A stretch of DNA of 64,000 nt, from NCBI GenBank assembly GCA_965248535.1, contig CBDFJR010000005.1:1952001-2016000 (forward strand), given 5' to 3'. How positions within the stretch are numbered: position 1 is the stretch's first letter; each line of letters begins with the position of its first letter. The position numbers were made by a program, and so were the translations under genes. Shown one piece after another: positions 13,401 to 23,995 of this stretch. The DNA is from Phormidesmis sp. GTDB taxonomy: Bacteria > Cyanobacteriota > Cyanobacteriia > Leptolyngbyales > Leptolyngbyaceae. Under the pieces are notes generated by a model. That model was given only the letters and a program-made list of their open reading frames with translations, was not told the origin of the DNA and did not search any database.

Positions 13401-15479
13401 CTACTCTCTGACTGTCACCATGCGGTCTTCAATGCCTGCCCAGGTTGTGGGCGACACTCGCACGGCGGCTTGTCTGCACTGCACCATCAGCCAGTTTGCA
13501 TAGAAATAGTTCTCTAAAGCTTTAGCTTCTGCTTCAGATAAATCGACTAGTTCTGGATTCAGATTAAGGGCGTTGTACCAGGTTTGCAGAACTTTATCAC
13601 GAAAGGCTCGGCGGACTTCGACAGGTTGAGTGTCGTCAGGAACTTTAGCTTTTAGGGCTTCTAGTCGCGCAACCAACACAGCGAAGTTTACAGATTTAAA
13701 GATTTTTATTTTTTCAAAAGCGCGGGCGAGGGCGAGGGCGCGGGCGAGGGCGAGGGCGAGGGCGAGGTCGAGGTCGAGGGCGAGGGCGAGGTCGAGGGCG
13801 AGGTCGAGGTCGTGGTCGAGGGCGCGGTCGAGGGCGAGGCGCGAGGGCGAGGCGAGGGCGAGGGCGAGGGCGCGGTCGAGGTCGAGGGCGAGAAAGAGTG
13901 CTGCCACTCGTTTAGCCGCAGGCTTAAAGTCTCCATCTGATCCTGCCGTTGCTTGGTCTGCCCACATTATTAACGCTTTTAGTTTGGGCGTGTTGAGGTA
14001 GGTCTGCGCTTCTTTCTCCATTAGCAACAGCAGGTCATCGGCTCCACCGCGCATCAGCCCCGCAACTAAGATAAAAACTTCCCTCCATCGGCTCTCGATC
14101 AGGTGTTCTGTTACCAATTTCTTAATCTGTCGCTGGTCGTCAATATGCTGCGCGGTCAAATATTCTTGCAGCGTCAAATGCGAAAACGAATAAATCCCGT
14201 CTGCCCGTTCTACCAATACGCCGTGCTGCACTTCAATACTTCGCAACACCTTCGAGCCCATCTACGCCCTTCTCATCCGGCAAGATTTCCTTTAACAGTT
14301 GCTCAATTTGGTCGGCAATTTCGCGACGAGTCGAGAACAATCGATTTTGCTCAAAGCTATCGTAGGCAATCTCTGCCAGCATCATCTCTTTGCGCTTGGT
14401 GTCTAGCCCTTTATAGAGGTCGTCTTGCGGAATGCCCTTCTCGGCCGCCCACTCCTCAAGCAACACTCGCAGCGCCCGTTCATAAAGCGTCGATCGGTTG
14501 GTGGGAAACTTGCGCGATCGTTCATACAACAAACAAACCAACGTCAGCAGCAACGGCGTTTGAGTCAGTTCTTTAGCGGCGGTGTGGTCGTCGCTGTTTA
14601 ATTTCTCCCAGCAATCTTAGCGATGTCGGGGTCTCGACGAAACCAGTTGTCAATAAACTGTTTGATCTGGACATCATCAAAATCAGCCATCGCCACATCG
14701 GTAAACAGCCGAAAGTTATGACGATAAGCCGCCACCCGACACGACGCAATATAGCGATTTTGCTTATGAGCATCGACAAAGTTTTGAATTTGGCTGATTG
14801 CTTCATTCATCCGATCGGTCGCCACCTCATCTAAGCCATCGAGCAAGACTAAAAGCTTGCCCTGCTGCAAAAGTTTCTGCGTCGATTCAACGGGCGACGG
14901 GAAGCCACAGATCCGAAACTCTTCGGCGATAATCTTCTCAAGGTTGATTTCCCCTTTGTTAAACAACTTCAGGTCAACAAACACCGGAATATAACCTGGC
15001 TGATAGGCTCCGCGCTTTCCCTTCAGCGCTTCTAAACCCATGCGCCGCAAAAAGGTCGATTTTCCGGCTCCCGGCCCGCCCAACACCATCAAATATTGCT
15101 TTTCATTTGCGACCTTTAGCCCTTCTTGCTTGGGGCAATCTCTTCTTTGAAAGCTGCGACCTGCCGCGAGTCGATAGGTTTCTTCGAGGGCCTCCACCGA
15201 TTCAAATCCTTGTAAGGCGCGATCGTCTAAAAACTGCACGGCTGCATACACGCTCTCCAGCGTCACAGGTTCCCGCATCCCCAACACTTTGAGAATGCCG
15301 TGACGTTTCTCATAATTCTCGACATATTTGTGAGAGGCTTGAAAGACTAGCTCTCTCTTCGCGCTATTCAAGCCTCCGCCCATCCAAGCAGCAGCTTTAC
15401 CTCCGCCTTCCCAGACACTTTTGATGACAATCTTGCCAATTTCTACAGCGATCGCAGAGGAAAACGGATCGGGAATCAT
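13401..15479 (-). CDS. NACHT-family NTPase (bacterial NLR-like) with a C-terminal helical domain; two apparent indels (~14617, ~14258)
   Basis: Walker A GGPGAGKST, Walker B LLVLLDGLDE, ASCR, TPLLLTLVC, FSHLTLQEYLTA, WREVFIL, YFYANWLMVQC spread over ORFs 14598-15491, 14233-14553 and 13401-14261. Confidence 0.88.
13720..13892 (-). repeat. Hexanucleotide tandem tract encoding AL/DL/DR/AR dipeptides in the NACHT C-terminal domain
   Basis: About 28-29 units of GCGAGG/TCGAGG/GCGCGG on the + strand. Confidence 0.9.
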
Positions 15480-15572
15480 CGCAATATCCAAAAGCCTCTA
15501 GAGAATCACCACTAGCCTACTCTAGAGAAAAGGCAAGCGACCAGATCAAACCTTCTTTCAAGTTCAAAGCGT

Positions 15573-15866
15573 GACTATTTCTGCTTCCCCACCCAGACTC
15601 AGAGACTGGAACGCGACTGTTTTTGCTTTCCCATCCAGACTCCGAGATTGGAACGCGACTATTTCTGCTTCCCTATCCAGACTCAGAGACTAGAACGCGA
15701 CTGTTCCTGCTTCCCTATCCAGACTCCGAGGTTGGAGCACGACTATTTCTGCTTCCCTATCCAGACTCCGAGACTGGAACGCGACTGTTTTTGCTTCCCC
15801 ATCCAGACTCCGAGACTAGAACACGACTGTTTCTGCTTCTAACTCCAAGCTCCGAGGTCAAAACAC
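15573..15866. repeat. Tandem array of 7 x 42 bp, no spacers, plus a decayed eighth unit
   Basis: Units start at 15573, 15615, 15657, 15699, 15741, 15783, 15825; consensus GACTRTTTCTGCTTCCCYATCCAGACTCCGAGACTGGAACGC. Confidence 0.93.
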
Positions 15867-15909
15867 GATCGTTCTTATTTAGAACTAGATCGTTCCCCAC
15901 CTAAACCCC

Positions 15910-16926
15910 TTATTCGTGGACTCGACCATTGGGCATGATCGCTCCCGTCAGCAGCGCCCCCGTCAGCTTGACCATGATGCGATCGTCAGCCCCAACCTTA
16001 GCCCCGCGCAAATCAGCCCCGCGCAAATCAGCCCCACTCAAATCAGCCCCAATCAAATTTGCCTCCCGCAGATCAGCCTTATTGAGACTCGCCTGAAGCA
16101 AATTGGCTCTAAACAGGTTTGCCTTGTGCAAATTTGCCCCATCTAAATTGATCTTGTGCAAAAACGTATCGCTCAGATTGGCGTTGCTCAAGTTGGCATA
16201 GCTGAGATTGCGCCCCGACAAATCCTTTTCTTGAAGATTTTGCCCACTCAGGTCGGCCCCGCTTAGATCAGGAGTTTGCGGTCTAGGCGGCGTTTGGGCC
16301 CGCTGATGAGGCGGATAATAAGACGAATGAGGATAAGGAGTTGCAGGCGGCGGGCTGGGTTGGGGTCGCTGAGTTTGAGTCTGAGCCTGATGAGCCTGGT
16401 GAGGTTGCGGATCGGGCGATCGGTGATATTCTGCCCGATAGTGTGACTGCGTATAGTAGTTTTGATCTTTTGACTGCGCCTGCCCCCCATTGGCTTGATG
16501 ACCGTGGGCCCGATCGTGCGACTGCCCCGACTGAGCATGACCGTTTTGAGCGTGCCCATTACTCTGAGCATGACCGTTTTGAGCATGCCCATTACTCTGA
16601 GTGTGACCCGCACCCTGATAGCTCTGAGGGTTAGCCTGAGGCGGACGGTAATAATAGGACTGATAGTAGCTCGGAGTCTGCTTTGAAGTCGGTGCAGGCT
16701 GCGGTTTAGACACTTGAGGCTCCCGCGCCTGAGTTCTCACCGTGTCTCGTGCGTGATTGATTTCTTTGATTTTGTCTTCTGCTTTTTTGAGCAATCGCGG
16801 ATTGTCTTTGGGCACCCGATCGGGGTGCCAAACAAACACCAGGTCTTTATATGCCTGGTTCACGTCTTCAAGTGAGGCACCGGGTTCGAGTCCCAAAATT
16901 CGATAGCAACGGTCTAACTCACTCAT
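15910..16926 (-). CDS. DnaJ-domain protein with a low-complexity linker and C-terminal pentapeptide repeats
   Basis: J-domain VWHPDR; A(D/N)LxxA repeats; Q/H/P-rich linker containing a 33-bp duplication. Confidence 0.9.
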   Translation of the reverse strand: MSELDRCYRILGLEPGASLEDVNQAYKDLVFVWHPDRVPKDNPRLLKKAEDKIKEINHARDTVRTQAREPQVSKPQPAPTSKQTPSYYQSYYYRPPQANPQSYQGAGHTQSNGHAQNGHAQSNGHAQNGHAQSGQSHDRAHGHQANGGQAQSKDQNYYTQSHYRAEYHRSPDPQPHQAHQAQTQTQRPQPSPPPATPYPHSSYYPPHQRAQTPPRPQTPDLSGADLSGQNLQEKDLSGRNLSYANLSNANLSDTFLHKINLDGANLHKANLFRANLLQASLNKADLREANLIGADLSGADLRGADLRGAKVGADDRIMVKLTGALLTGAIMPNGRVHE

Positions 16927-17243
16927 ACGTCACCAAGATTGCTAGTCAACCATCTTTAGAAGATGCGTTTGCGAAGCAGATTGTTTAAGAAACCCCACAC
17001 GATGCCCACTCTCCCTAGTGAAGTAGAGGTTTTTTCTGATTTTTCAAAGTGTAGTCTTAACTCAAGCAATCGGCCAGAAAGTAAAGACTGATTTAATAGA
17101 GTGGGCAAATGGTTAACATAAGGGGCATTTATCATTAAGCCGTTTGCTCAAAAATTCCTACAGCGATCGTAGCGCAGACCCATGACCGATCGCTGAGATA
17201 GCCAGAGATTTGCCCTAAACCTACTCAACGTTTGATCCGCCGA

Positions 17244-18704
17244 TCAGCGAAAGATTGTGAAGATGTTCAAAAAGCCCGATAGCGGCCCAAAAACCGTTCC
17301 TAGTGTGTCGCCGATGCCCGCCAGCCCTGACTTGCCCACCACGATCGTATCGTTGTTTCGCAACGGCGGATTGCTCTGCTCATTGATGCCCTGATTAAAA
17401 TTAATGGCAATATCGCGCCGATCGACCGTTCCGTTAGGGTTGAGTCTGAGAAAGCTGACTTCTCGCTTTTTGGCGCGGGTATTAAAGCCGCCTGCTGCTA
17501 ACAGAGCCTGGTTAAGCGTCGTGTTGGGCGGAAGCTGCACCGCTCCGGGTTTAGCCACTTCTCCGACGACATTGACCACGATCGCATCGGGCGAAAAACT
17601 AGCACGAGCAAGAATCGTCGCATCGGCAGGCGAAAGCGTCGTCGCCGTGGGAACAATCACCCGATCGCCATCCTGCAATGAGATATCTTGCCGCGAGTCG
17701 CCCGCTTGCAGCAGTTGAAATAGATTGACCTTCATCACCTGATCGAACCCAGACTGGGTGCGTCTTCGCACTTCAATCTCACGAATATTGGCAGATTGGG
17801 TGATGCCTCCCGCAATTTGCAGCGCTCGTGTCACTGTCGGCACCTGCACTTTATTACCGATCGGGGGGTTAGTGCCGCTAGCTTGGGCTGAGGGCACCGA
17901 TTCACTTTTAATCGTGTGCGGGCCCGGACGGTTGACCTCACCTGCCACCACAATTTTCAACGGCTGATCGGTGCTGACCGCAAAGCTAGAAGACGCGATC
18001 AGATTGGCATCATCGACGTTCACAGCAGTTGCCGCCGGAACGACAATGCTATCCCCATCCCGCAGCGGCAAATCTTGACTGAGATCGCCTGTGCGCAGCA
18101 GTTGCCGCAGGTCAACCGTGCGCGTTTGCGGCGCGCTGCCCCTGCCCGATCGCCGCACCACCCGCACCTGCTGAAGATCGGCTGACTGGCTCATTCCCCC
18201 TGCCTGTTGCAGCATTTTAGTCAGAGTCGGAATGCCTCCCTCGATCAGCGTTGTAGTGTAAACACCAGGGCGAGTCACTTCACCCGACACCGCCACACTG
18301 ATCGGGCGCGATGCCATTAAGCTGACGGTGACGATCGGGCGAGTCAGCCATTCGCTAAACTTTTGAGAAATCGCCGCCGATGCCCCTTTGAGGGTCAGTC
18401 CATCTACAGTGACGCTGCCTGCTAGCGGCAAATTCAGCGTGCCATCGGCTAGCACCTGATAGTCACCGCTATACTCCGGCACGTTAAAAATATCGAGTTT
18501 GATCTTGTCGCCCGCCCCCAGCAAATAGCCCTGATCCACCGATAAAGGCGCAGAACTCCCTGCGGGTCGCGACACCAAAGGCTGCGATCGAGGCAATGGT
18601 GGAATTTGAGCCAAGCCGGGCGCTGCCAGACTCAGACTCGATAAAATCAGCAAAAGGCTTGATCGCTTCCCCATCGTTGCTCGCTTAAAAAATTGACCCG
18701 TCAT
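17244..18704 (-). CDS. Polysaccharide export protein (Wza/KpsD-like, SLBB domains)
   Basis: YLLGAGDKI, DGTLNLPLAG, three SLBB repeats (GEVTRPG, GEVNRPG, GEVAKPG). Confidence 0.88.
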   Translation of the reverse strand: MTGQFFKRATMGKRSSLLLILSSLSLAAPGLAQIPPLPRSQPLVSRPAGSSAPLSVDQGYLLGAGDKIKLDIFNVPEYSGDYQVLADGTLNLPLAGSVTVDGLTLKGASAAISQKFSEWLTRPIVTVSLMASRPISVAVSGEVTRPGVYTTTLIEGGIPTLTKMLQQAGGMSQSADLQQVRVVRRSGRGSAPQTRTVDLRQLLRTGDLSQDLPLRDGDSIVVPAATAVNVDDANLIASSSFAVSTDQPLKIVVAGEVNRPGPHTIKSESVPSAQASGTNPPIGNKVQVPTVTRALQIAGGITQSANIREIEVRRRTQSGFDQVMKVNLFQLLQAGDSRQDISLQDGDRVIVPTATTLSPADATILARASFSPDAIVVNVVGEVAKPGAVQLPPNTTLNQALLAAGGFNTRAKKREVSFLRLNPNGTVDRRDIAINFNQGINEQSNPPLRNNDTIVVGKSGLAGIGDTLGTVFGPLSGFLNIFTIFR

Positions 18705-18717
18705 AGACCAGAGCCTC

Positions 18718-19821
18718 CTATCGTCCCGATGCTGTCAGCAGTTTGCTGCGAGAAGCGCCTTGCAGAGCACCTTCATAAACAGCCAAGGTTTCTTGATGCA
18801 CCCGTCTCACTGATAGCCAGCCCAAGTTTTGCGGTGCCCGTTGTCTCCACACCTCTAACTGCCTTGGGCTAGAGAGCAATTGGATCAACGTTTTTGATAA
18901 AGCAGACACATCGTTAGGTGGCACTAACAATCCGGCTTTTCCTCCCTCCAAGACTTCAGGGATGCCGTCTACATGGGTGGCAACGATCGCACATCCGGCT
19001 TCTCGCGCTTCTGAAAGGACTAACCCAAACGGTTCACGCTCAGAGGCTAGCACAAAAATGTCTGTCGCCAGCAAATAGCGCTGCGGTTCGGGCTGAAAGC
19101 CCTCAAAATGAATGCGATCGCTCACCAGACTTTTTTGGGCGTGACGCTCAAACTCAGCCCGATCGTCGCCATCACCCACCAAATAGAGATGGGTTGAAAC
19201 CTCCGGCAGACGAGTCGCCATCTCGGTAAAGGCATCGATCAGCGTGGTGATGCCTTTGCGGTGAAACATGCCCGCAACCGTGGTGATCGCGGCCCGATGT
19301 AAGGGCAGCGGCTCAATCTCAGACAATGGGCGACAGCGAGGACTGCCCAGCGTGCCGTTAAACACCACTCGCAGTTTGCTCGGTGAAATGCCTCGCTGCT
19401 GCATCGACACCGCAACCGCGTGACTGATGGCGATGACGCGATCGGCCAATCCCATTAGAGTGGCACTGCGCTGAAACTCATTGTGAACTGTAGACACGAT
19501 CGTGTAATTTGCCCTTCCCCTCAGCAGTTTGGCCAAAACAACTCCAGTCATCATGTGAGTGTGAATAATTTCTGGCTCAAAGGTCTCGACGATCGCCCAA
19601 AATCGCGGCACGGCTCTAAGCAATGTCACCGGGCGGCGACGCTGCTCAAACTTAAAATGCTCAACTCCATAGTCAGCCAGCAGAGTCTCAAACTCGCCGC
19701 CCCCCGATGCAACCGCGACCTGATGACCCGCTTGGGCTTGAAGGCAAGCCAAATCGATCGCCACATTGACGATGCCGTTGCCGATTTTTTGAATGTGGTT
19801 GAGAACGTGAAGGATTCGCAT
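18718..19821 (-). CDS. Glycosyltransferase family 4
   Basis: EPFGLVLSEA (EX7E) motif, HTH motif, VGDGD. Confidence 0.9.
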   Translation of the reverse strand: MRILHVLNHIQKIGNGIVNVAIDLACLQAQAGHQVAVASGGGEFETLLADYGVEHFKFEQRRRPVTLLRAVPRFWAIVETFEPEIIHTHMMTGVVLAKLLRGRANYTIVSTVHNEFQRSATLMGLADRVIAISHAVAVSMQQRGISPSKLRVVFNGTLGSPRCRPLSEIEPLPLHRAAITTVAGMFHRKGITTLIDAFTEMATRLPEVSTHLYLVGDGDDRAEFERHAQKSLVSDRIHFEGFQPEPQRYLLATDIFVLASEREPFGLVLSEAREAGCAIVATHVDGIPEVLEGGKAGLLVPPNDVSALSKTLIQLLSSPRQLEVWRQRAPQNLGWLSVRRVHQETLAVYEGALQGASRSKLLTASGR

Positions 19822-19837
19822 TAGTTCAGGATTCGCA

Positions 19838-20992
19838 TTAGTTCAGGTGCGTCATTCTCTCTAGAACTTCCATGTATTGATCGATCACGCGATCGGTCGA
19901 AAACGCCAGCGATCGCCGCTTTAAAACCGCCGCTTGAATCGGATTATCCAAAGTGTCTAAAATGGCTTTGGCAAAGGCAGCCGGATCAGCGATCGGCGTT
20001 AACCTGCCATAGGTGCCATAGTCTAAAATCTCGGCTGGCCCACTGGGGCAATCTGTAGAGACGATCGGGGTTCCGGTTGCCATGGCCTCGGCAACGACGT
20101 TGCCAAACCCCTCAAACTTAGACGACAGCGCAAACACCGAAGCGTGAGCCATATAGGTATAGGGATTGTCTGCAAACCCTGGCAGTGAGACCTCAGATTC
20201 TAAATTCAAATCGCGAATCAGACGTTCTAGCTGAGGGCGTTGCTCACCTTCGCCTAAAATGATCAGCCGAGCCGGGCGCTGCCGCCGCACCAAGGCAAAC
20301 GCCTGAATCAGTGTGAAGAAATCTTTCTGGCCGACTAGCCGCCCAACCCCCAAAATCACGGGCGGTTCTCCGGGCAAAAACCAGGGATGATCCAGCGGTT
20401 CTCGGCTTTTTTCTAAAACTTCAGGCGTGACCACGGGATTGTAGATCACCCGAATTCGTTCTAGGGGCAGTGAGGTAATGTGGGCCAAGTCTTCGGCGGT
20501 GCCTTGAGAGGCGGCTACCAGATCGTCCGATTTTGGGTAGAGCCAGCGCACTAGCTGAGGACGGAGTTTTCCCATGGTGTGGGGCTGATGCTCTTGAAAT
20601 TGCCCAGATAGGTAGGTCTGGATGCACATCACCACACGGGTAGGCACTCGCGCACTCCACTTAGCCCAGAGCGCAGAACTGACAATATCCAACGCTGAAA
20701 ACAAAACGGTGGGTTGTTCTCGCTGCAAATGATGCTGCAAGGCTCTGGTCTTTGACAGCACTACCGGAAACTTGGATTTCAAATTGACCAGTCTGACGTT
20801 AGCTGGAACTTGCTTAAGATAGTCTCCTTCGGCTTCAGCGAGCACCAAATCTGTCTTTAAACCTCGATCGGCAAACCCCTGCGCCAAATGCAGCATTGCT
20901 CGCTCGGCACCGCCCCCCGCTAAAGCAGGCAGAAACACGCTTACAGAAGGATTATTCACTGTCATACTTGCCAGACTTACACTAGTCCTCAT
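19838..20992 (-). CDS. Glycosyltransferase family 4
   Basis: GGGAER, GVGRL..QKDF, EGFGNVVAEAMA, TDCPSGPAEIL. Confidence 0.9.
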   Translation of the reverse strand: MRTSVSLASMTVNNPSVSVFLPALAGGGAERAMLHLAQGFADRGLKTDLVLAEAEGDYLKQVPANVRLVNLKSKFPVVLSKTRALQHHLQREQPTVLFSALDIVSSALWAKWSARVPTRVVMCIQTYLSGQFQEHQPHTMGKLRPQLVRWLYPKSDDLVAASQGTAEDLAHITSLPLERIRVIYNPVVTPEVLEKSREPLDHPWFLPGEPPVILGVGRLVGQKDFFTLIQAFALVRRQRPARLIILGEGEQRPQLERLIRDLNLESEVSLPGFADNPYTYMAHASVFALSSKFEGFGNVVAEAMATGTPIVSTDCPSGPAEILDYGTYGRLTPIADPAAFAKAILDTLDNPIQAAVLKRRSLAFSTDRVIDQYMEVLERMTHLN

Positions 20993-21133
20993 GAGAATGA
21001 CGTGAGAACGGGGATATTTACCTCCCCCTGAAGTCAGAATCCTGCTCTAATGCTCACGATCGGGGCATCTATCCATCTAGCTATGACCCCTGTTTAAATG
21101 ACTGAGCAGATTGGCTGTAGGCGACACTGGCGT

Positions 21134-21331
21134 TCAGCTTTTTGCAGAGTCTAGCCAGTCATAGATCTGATCAAGCTGTTGCAGCGTCACTAGCCCATAT
21201 TGCCAAAGAATCATGGGCAGAGGGCCATTGTTTTGGTCGCGGTGTCTCAGGGCAAGCGAGATCGAAGAGTCAGAAATAGCTAACTCGTCTCGCAAAAAGC
21301 GAATGAATTTTGAATGGATCGTAGGTGCCAT
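21134..21331 (-). CDS. DUF2949 family protein
   Basis: LPMILWQYGLVTLQQLDQIYDWL signature. Confidence 0.8.
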   Translation of the reverse strand: MAPTIHSKFIRFLRDELAISDSSISLALRHRDQNNGPLPMILWQYGLVTLQQLDQIYDWLDSAKS

Positions 21332-21638
21332 TTTGCTCTCACCTCTTGAGTGACCCTATCTTGAATGAGCAATCTACTTTTGAAGGGTGGTCAGTAGCCA
21401 CTCTCTGATCTGGCTGACTTGGACTATGAAACGGTCTATCCATCATCCAGACCGAACTTAAGGCTTCACCTCTACTGTGAACTGGCTTAAACGATCGCTG
21501 CTCCAACGGCTCTGGGTGAAGATGATTCAGGAAATACGACTCCAAATTACAGAGGATGAAACCAGGATGAATCCATCTAAAGATAGACTTCTAAAGGACT
21601 GCCCGCTCTCAGAGGCTCTCAGCGTTCTGCGTCAGCCA

Positions 21639-22208
21639 TCAGTTTTGACTGGCTCTGCCCACGTTAAGAAACTGAACAGGAATGCGATCGCCCACTTTTA
21701 AGCCTAAATCAGTCGATCGCTGTCCGCGTAGCTCAATCACCTGATCAATCGCGTCACGAGTCGAGCCATAGACCGCACAGGGATCAGAGGTGCAAGGCGG
21801 CGCATTTACCGCAATCGCTTTGACCACTCCCCGATAGATAAACACCATGTCCAGATTGATCAAGGTGTTTTTCATCCAAAACTGGGTGGGTCGGGCAGGG
21901 CTAAAGACAAACAGCATCCCCCGATCGTCTGCCAGACTCGTGCGACCCATAAGGCCAATTTCTTGCTCTTGGGGGGTTTTAGCCACCTCTAGCTGAATCG
22001 CTTTGCCAGCGATCGTAGCTTGGGCGGCAATCGGCAAACTCTGCCCCAACGCTTTGTTAGCTTGCAAAAAGGGCGACTCGATCGCGGGCGTTGCCGACAT
22101 CGAAGCCGATGGCGCAGGAGAGCAGCCCATGAGCAAGAGACCCCACCCCAACCCGACCCATTGAGCACGGCGACTGAACCCAGATTGAGCAAGCTTATCC
22201 ACTCTCAT
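21639..22208 (-). CDS. DUF192 family lipoprotein
   Basis: GLMGR..L..DRGMLFVF, FWMKNTLINLDMVF; lipobox LMGC. Confidence 0.85.
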   Translation of the reverse strand: MRVDKLAQSGFSRRAQWVGLGWGLLLMGCSPAPSASMSATPAIESPFLQANKALGQSLPIAAQATIAGKAIQLEVAKTPQEQEIGLMGRTSLADDRGMLFVFSPARPTQFWMKNTLINLDMVFIYRGVVKAIAVNAPPCTSDPCAVYGSTRDAIDQVIELRGQRSTDLGLKVGDRIPVQFLNVGRASQN

Positions 22209-22218
22209 TTTCCTTTAC

Positions 22219-22914
22219 CTACGCTTCTCTCAGCACATATCCTACGCCACGCACGGTCTGAATCAACCGCTTCTCGCCTTCGTCTTCGATCTTTAACCGC
22301 AGATAGCGAATGTAAACTTCAATCACGTTTGACTCGCCTACAAAGTCATAGCCCCAAACGCTTTCTAAGATCTGTTCTCGCGTCAGCACCTCCCGTGGGT
22401 GCTCCATTAAGCACTTGAGCAACTCAAATTCCTTCATCGTCAGGTCGATCGCACGAGCATTTCGCAAGGCTTGCCGAGTCGCCAGATCCAATACAAGGTC
22501 TCCAAATCTCAACTGCTCTGCGCCAGGAGCATCAACCTTGAGATAGAGCTTCACTAACTTGAGAAAATCGTCGCTCCGATAGGGCTTGAGAAAGTAGTCA
22601 TCGGCTCCAGCCTCTAAACAAGCCACCCGATCGTCTACGGCATCTCGTGACATTAATAGCAAAACAGGGGTTCTCATTCCCGTGCCGCGCAAGTGGTTGC
22701 AAAACGTCAGCCCCGATTCGCCGGGCAGCATCCGATCGACCACAATTAAAGCCGGGTGTCGCTCAGTGGCCTGACGCAAACCACTCGCCGCATCGTGGGT
22801 AACGATCGTCTCATATCCAGACTCTTGCAGGTCAGAACTGACGCTCTGGGCCAGCGTTTCGTCGGTTTCGATGATCAAAACGCAGGGGTTGTGGTCAAGG
22901 GTAGCAATACTCAT
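22219..22914 (-). CDS. nblR: OmpR-family response regulator NblR
   Basis: Receiver plus winged helix (SNVIEVYIRYLR, TVRGVGY); VVDRML and LLMSRD variant residues; follows the NAD kinase gene as in other cyanobacteria. Confidence 0.8.
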   Translation of the reverse strand: MSIATLDHNPCVLIIETDETLAQSVSSDLQESGYETIVTHDAASGLRQATERHPALIVVDRMLPGESGLTFCNHLRGTGMRTPVLLLMSRDAVDDRVACLEAGADDYFLKPYRSDDFLKLVKLYLKVDAPGAEQLRFGDLVLDLATRQALRNARAIDLTMKEFELLKCLMEHPREVLTREQILESVWGYDFVGESNVIEVYIRYLRLKIEDEGEKRLIQTVRGVGYVLREA

Positions 22915-22981
22915 AAAACCTGGGGAATAAAGGGTTTTAATCTCAGCACTGTTTTAGCACGTCTGGCCATCAGCCGTTTGA

Positions 22982-23890
22982 TTAAGTGGGTTTTGCAATG
23001 TGAGGCAAGCCCCATCCCAGTTTTTCGCGCAGCAGATGAAAAAACTCCGGCGGGCGAAGGCGCACAAAACGGGCCAGGTAGGGCGATCGCTGCACGCGCA
23101 CGCAGTCATCGGGCAACACATAGCATCCAGCGTTGCCATCAGCCGTCATCACCAAACGATTAGGGTTAGCCGGAAAAATAGTCACAGGCTCACTGTTGGC
23201 AAAAACTAGGGCCCGCGAAGCCAGTGAATGCGGACAAATGGGCACCAAGATCATGACGGGAACCCCAGGCGTGATCACCGGGCCGCCTGCCGAGAGTGAA
23301 TAAGCCGTCGAGCCAGTGGGCGTAGACAAGATAATGCCATCGGCCGCGATGTCTACGCGAGTGTGCTTACCAATCTCAACCTCAAAGTGGCACATGCTGG
23401 TCAGCGGCTCTCGATGCAGCACCATCTCATTGAGGCAAAGCGCTTCCCAGAGAACGGTGTGTTCTCGAAAGACCTGCACTTGGAGCATAGTGCGCTCTTC
23501 GACCTCATAGTGACCTGCCAGAACGGACTCGATCGCGTCTGGCAAATGCTCTAGCAAGGTTTCTGTGAGAAACCCCATGTGCCCAGTATTGATGGCCAAA
23601 ATCGGCACACTGCAGGGAGCCACTTGCCGAAAGGCCGATAAAACAGTGCCATCGCCTCCCAAGACCACCGCAAAGCTCATCGCGTCATCAAACCCTGGCG
23701 GCGATAACCGATCGATAGGCGTGTGACAAACTGGACTGCCCGGAGTGGAGTAGCCCAAAATTCCTCCCGCTCCAGTGGCCAGAATGACTTCCCAGCCGCG
23801 TGAGGTCAGCTTGTCTTTTAGCTCCTCAGCCGTTTGACAAGCGATCGGTTTGTCGTCGTTGTAAATAATGCCAGCTTTAGGCACGCGCAA
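22982..23890 (-). CDS. nadK: NAD(+) kinase
   Basis: GGDGT, NE motif (LNEM), [16 protein letters not shown]. Confidence 0.93.
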   Translation of the reverse strand: MRVPKAGIIYNDDKPIACQTAEELKDKLTSRGWEVILATGAGGILGYSTPGSPVCHTPIDRLSPPGFDDAMSFAVVLGGDGTVLSAFRQVAPCSVPILAINTGHMGFLTETLLEHLPDAIESVLAGHYEVEERTMLQVQVFREHTVLWEALCLNEMVLHREPLTSMCHFEVEIGKHTRVDIAADGIILSTPTGSTAYSLSAGGPVITPGVPVMILVPICPHSLASRALVFANSEPVTIFPANPNRLVMTADGNAGCYVLPDDCVRVQRSPYLARFVRLRPPEFFHLLREKLGWGLPHIAKPT

Positions 23891-23995
23891 AAGTCCGTAT
23901 CAGAGCAGAAAAACGAATATTTGGGACTATAACACCCTCTGTGAGAGTGATGAGGTTTAAATTTGAGTAACTCAACGCTCACCACTCAAGGCGAC

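Noticed and set aside
13630..14001. Plus-strand ORF with RARARA repeats and the Ser/Pro/Thr-rich ORF 13706-13936
   Set aside because: Shadow frames of the stop-free hexamer tract inside the NACHT gene.
15573..15866. 42-bp array as a CRISPR array
   Set aside because: Units are contiguous with no unique spacers, and no cas genes are in the window.
13720..15870. Diversity-generating retroelement (template/variable repeat pair)
   Set aside because: No reverse transcriptase, and differences between repeat units are not restricted to adenines.
16533..16600. 33-bp duplication (QSNGHAQNGHA) in the DnaJ-pentapeptide linker
   Set aside because: Ordinary low-complexity linker expansion.
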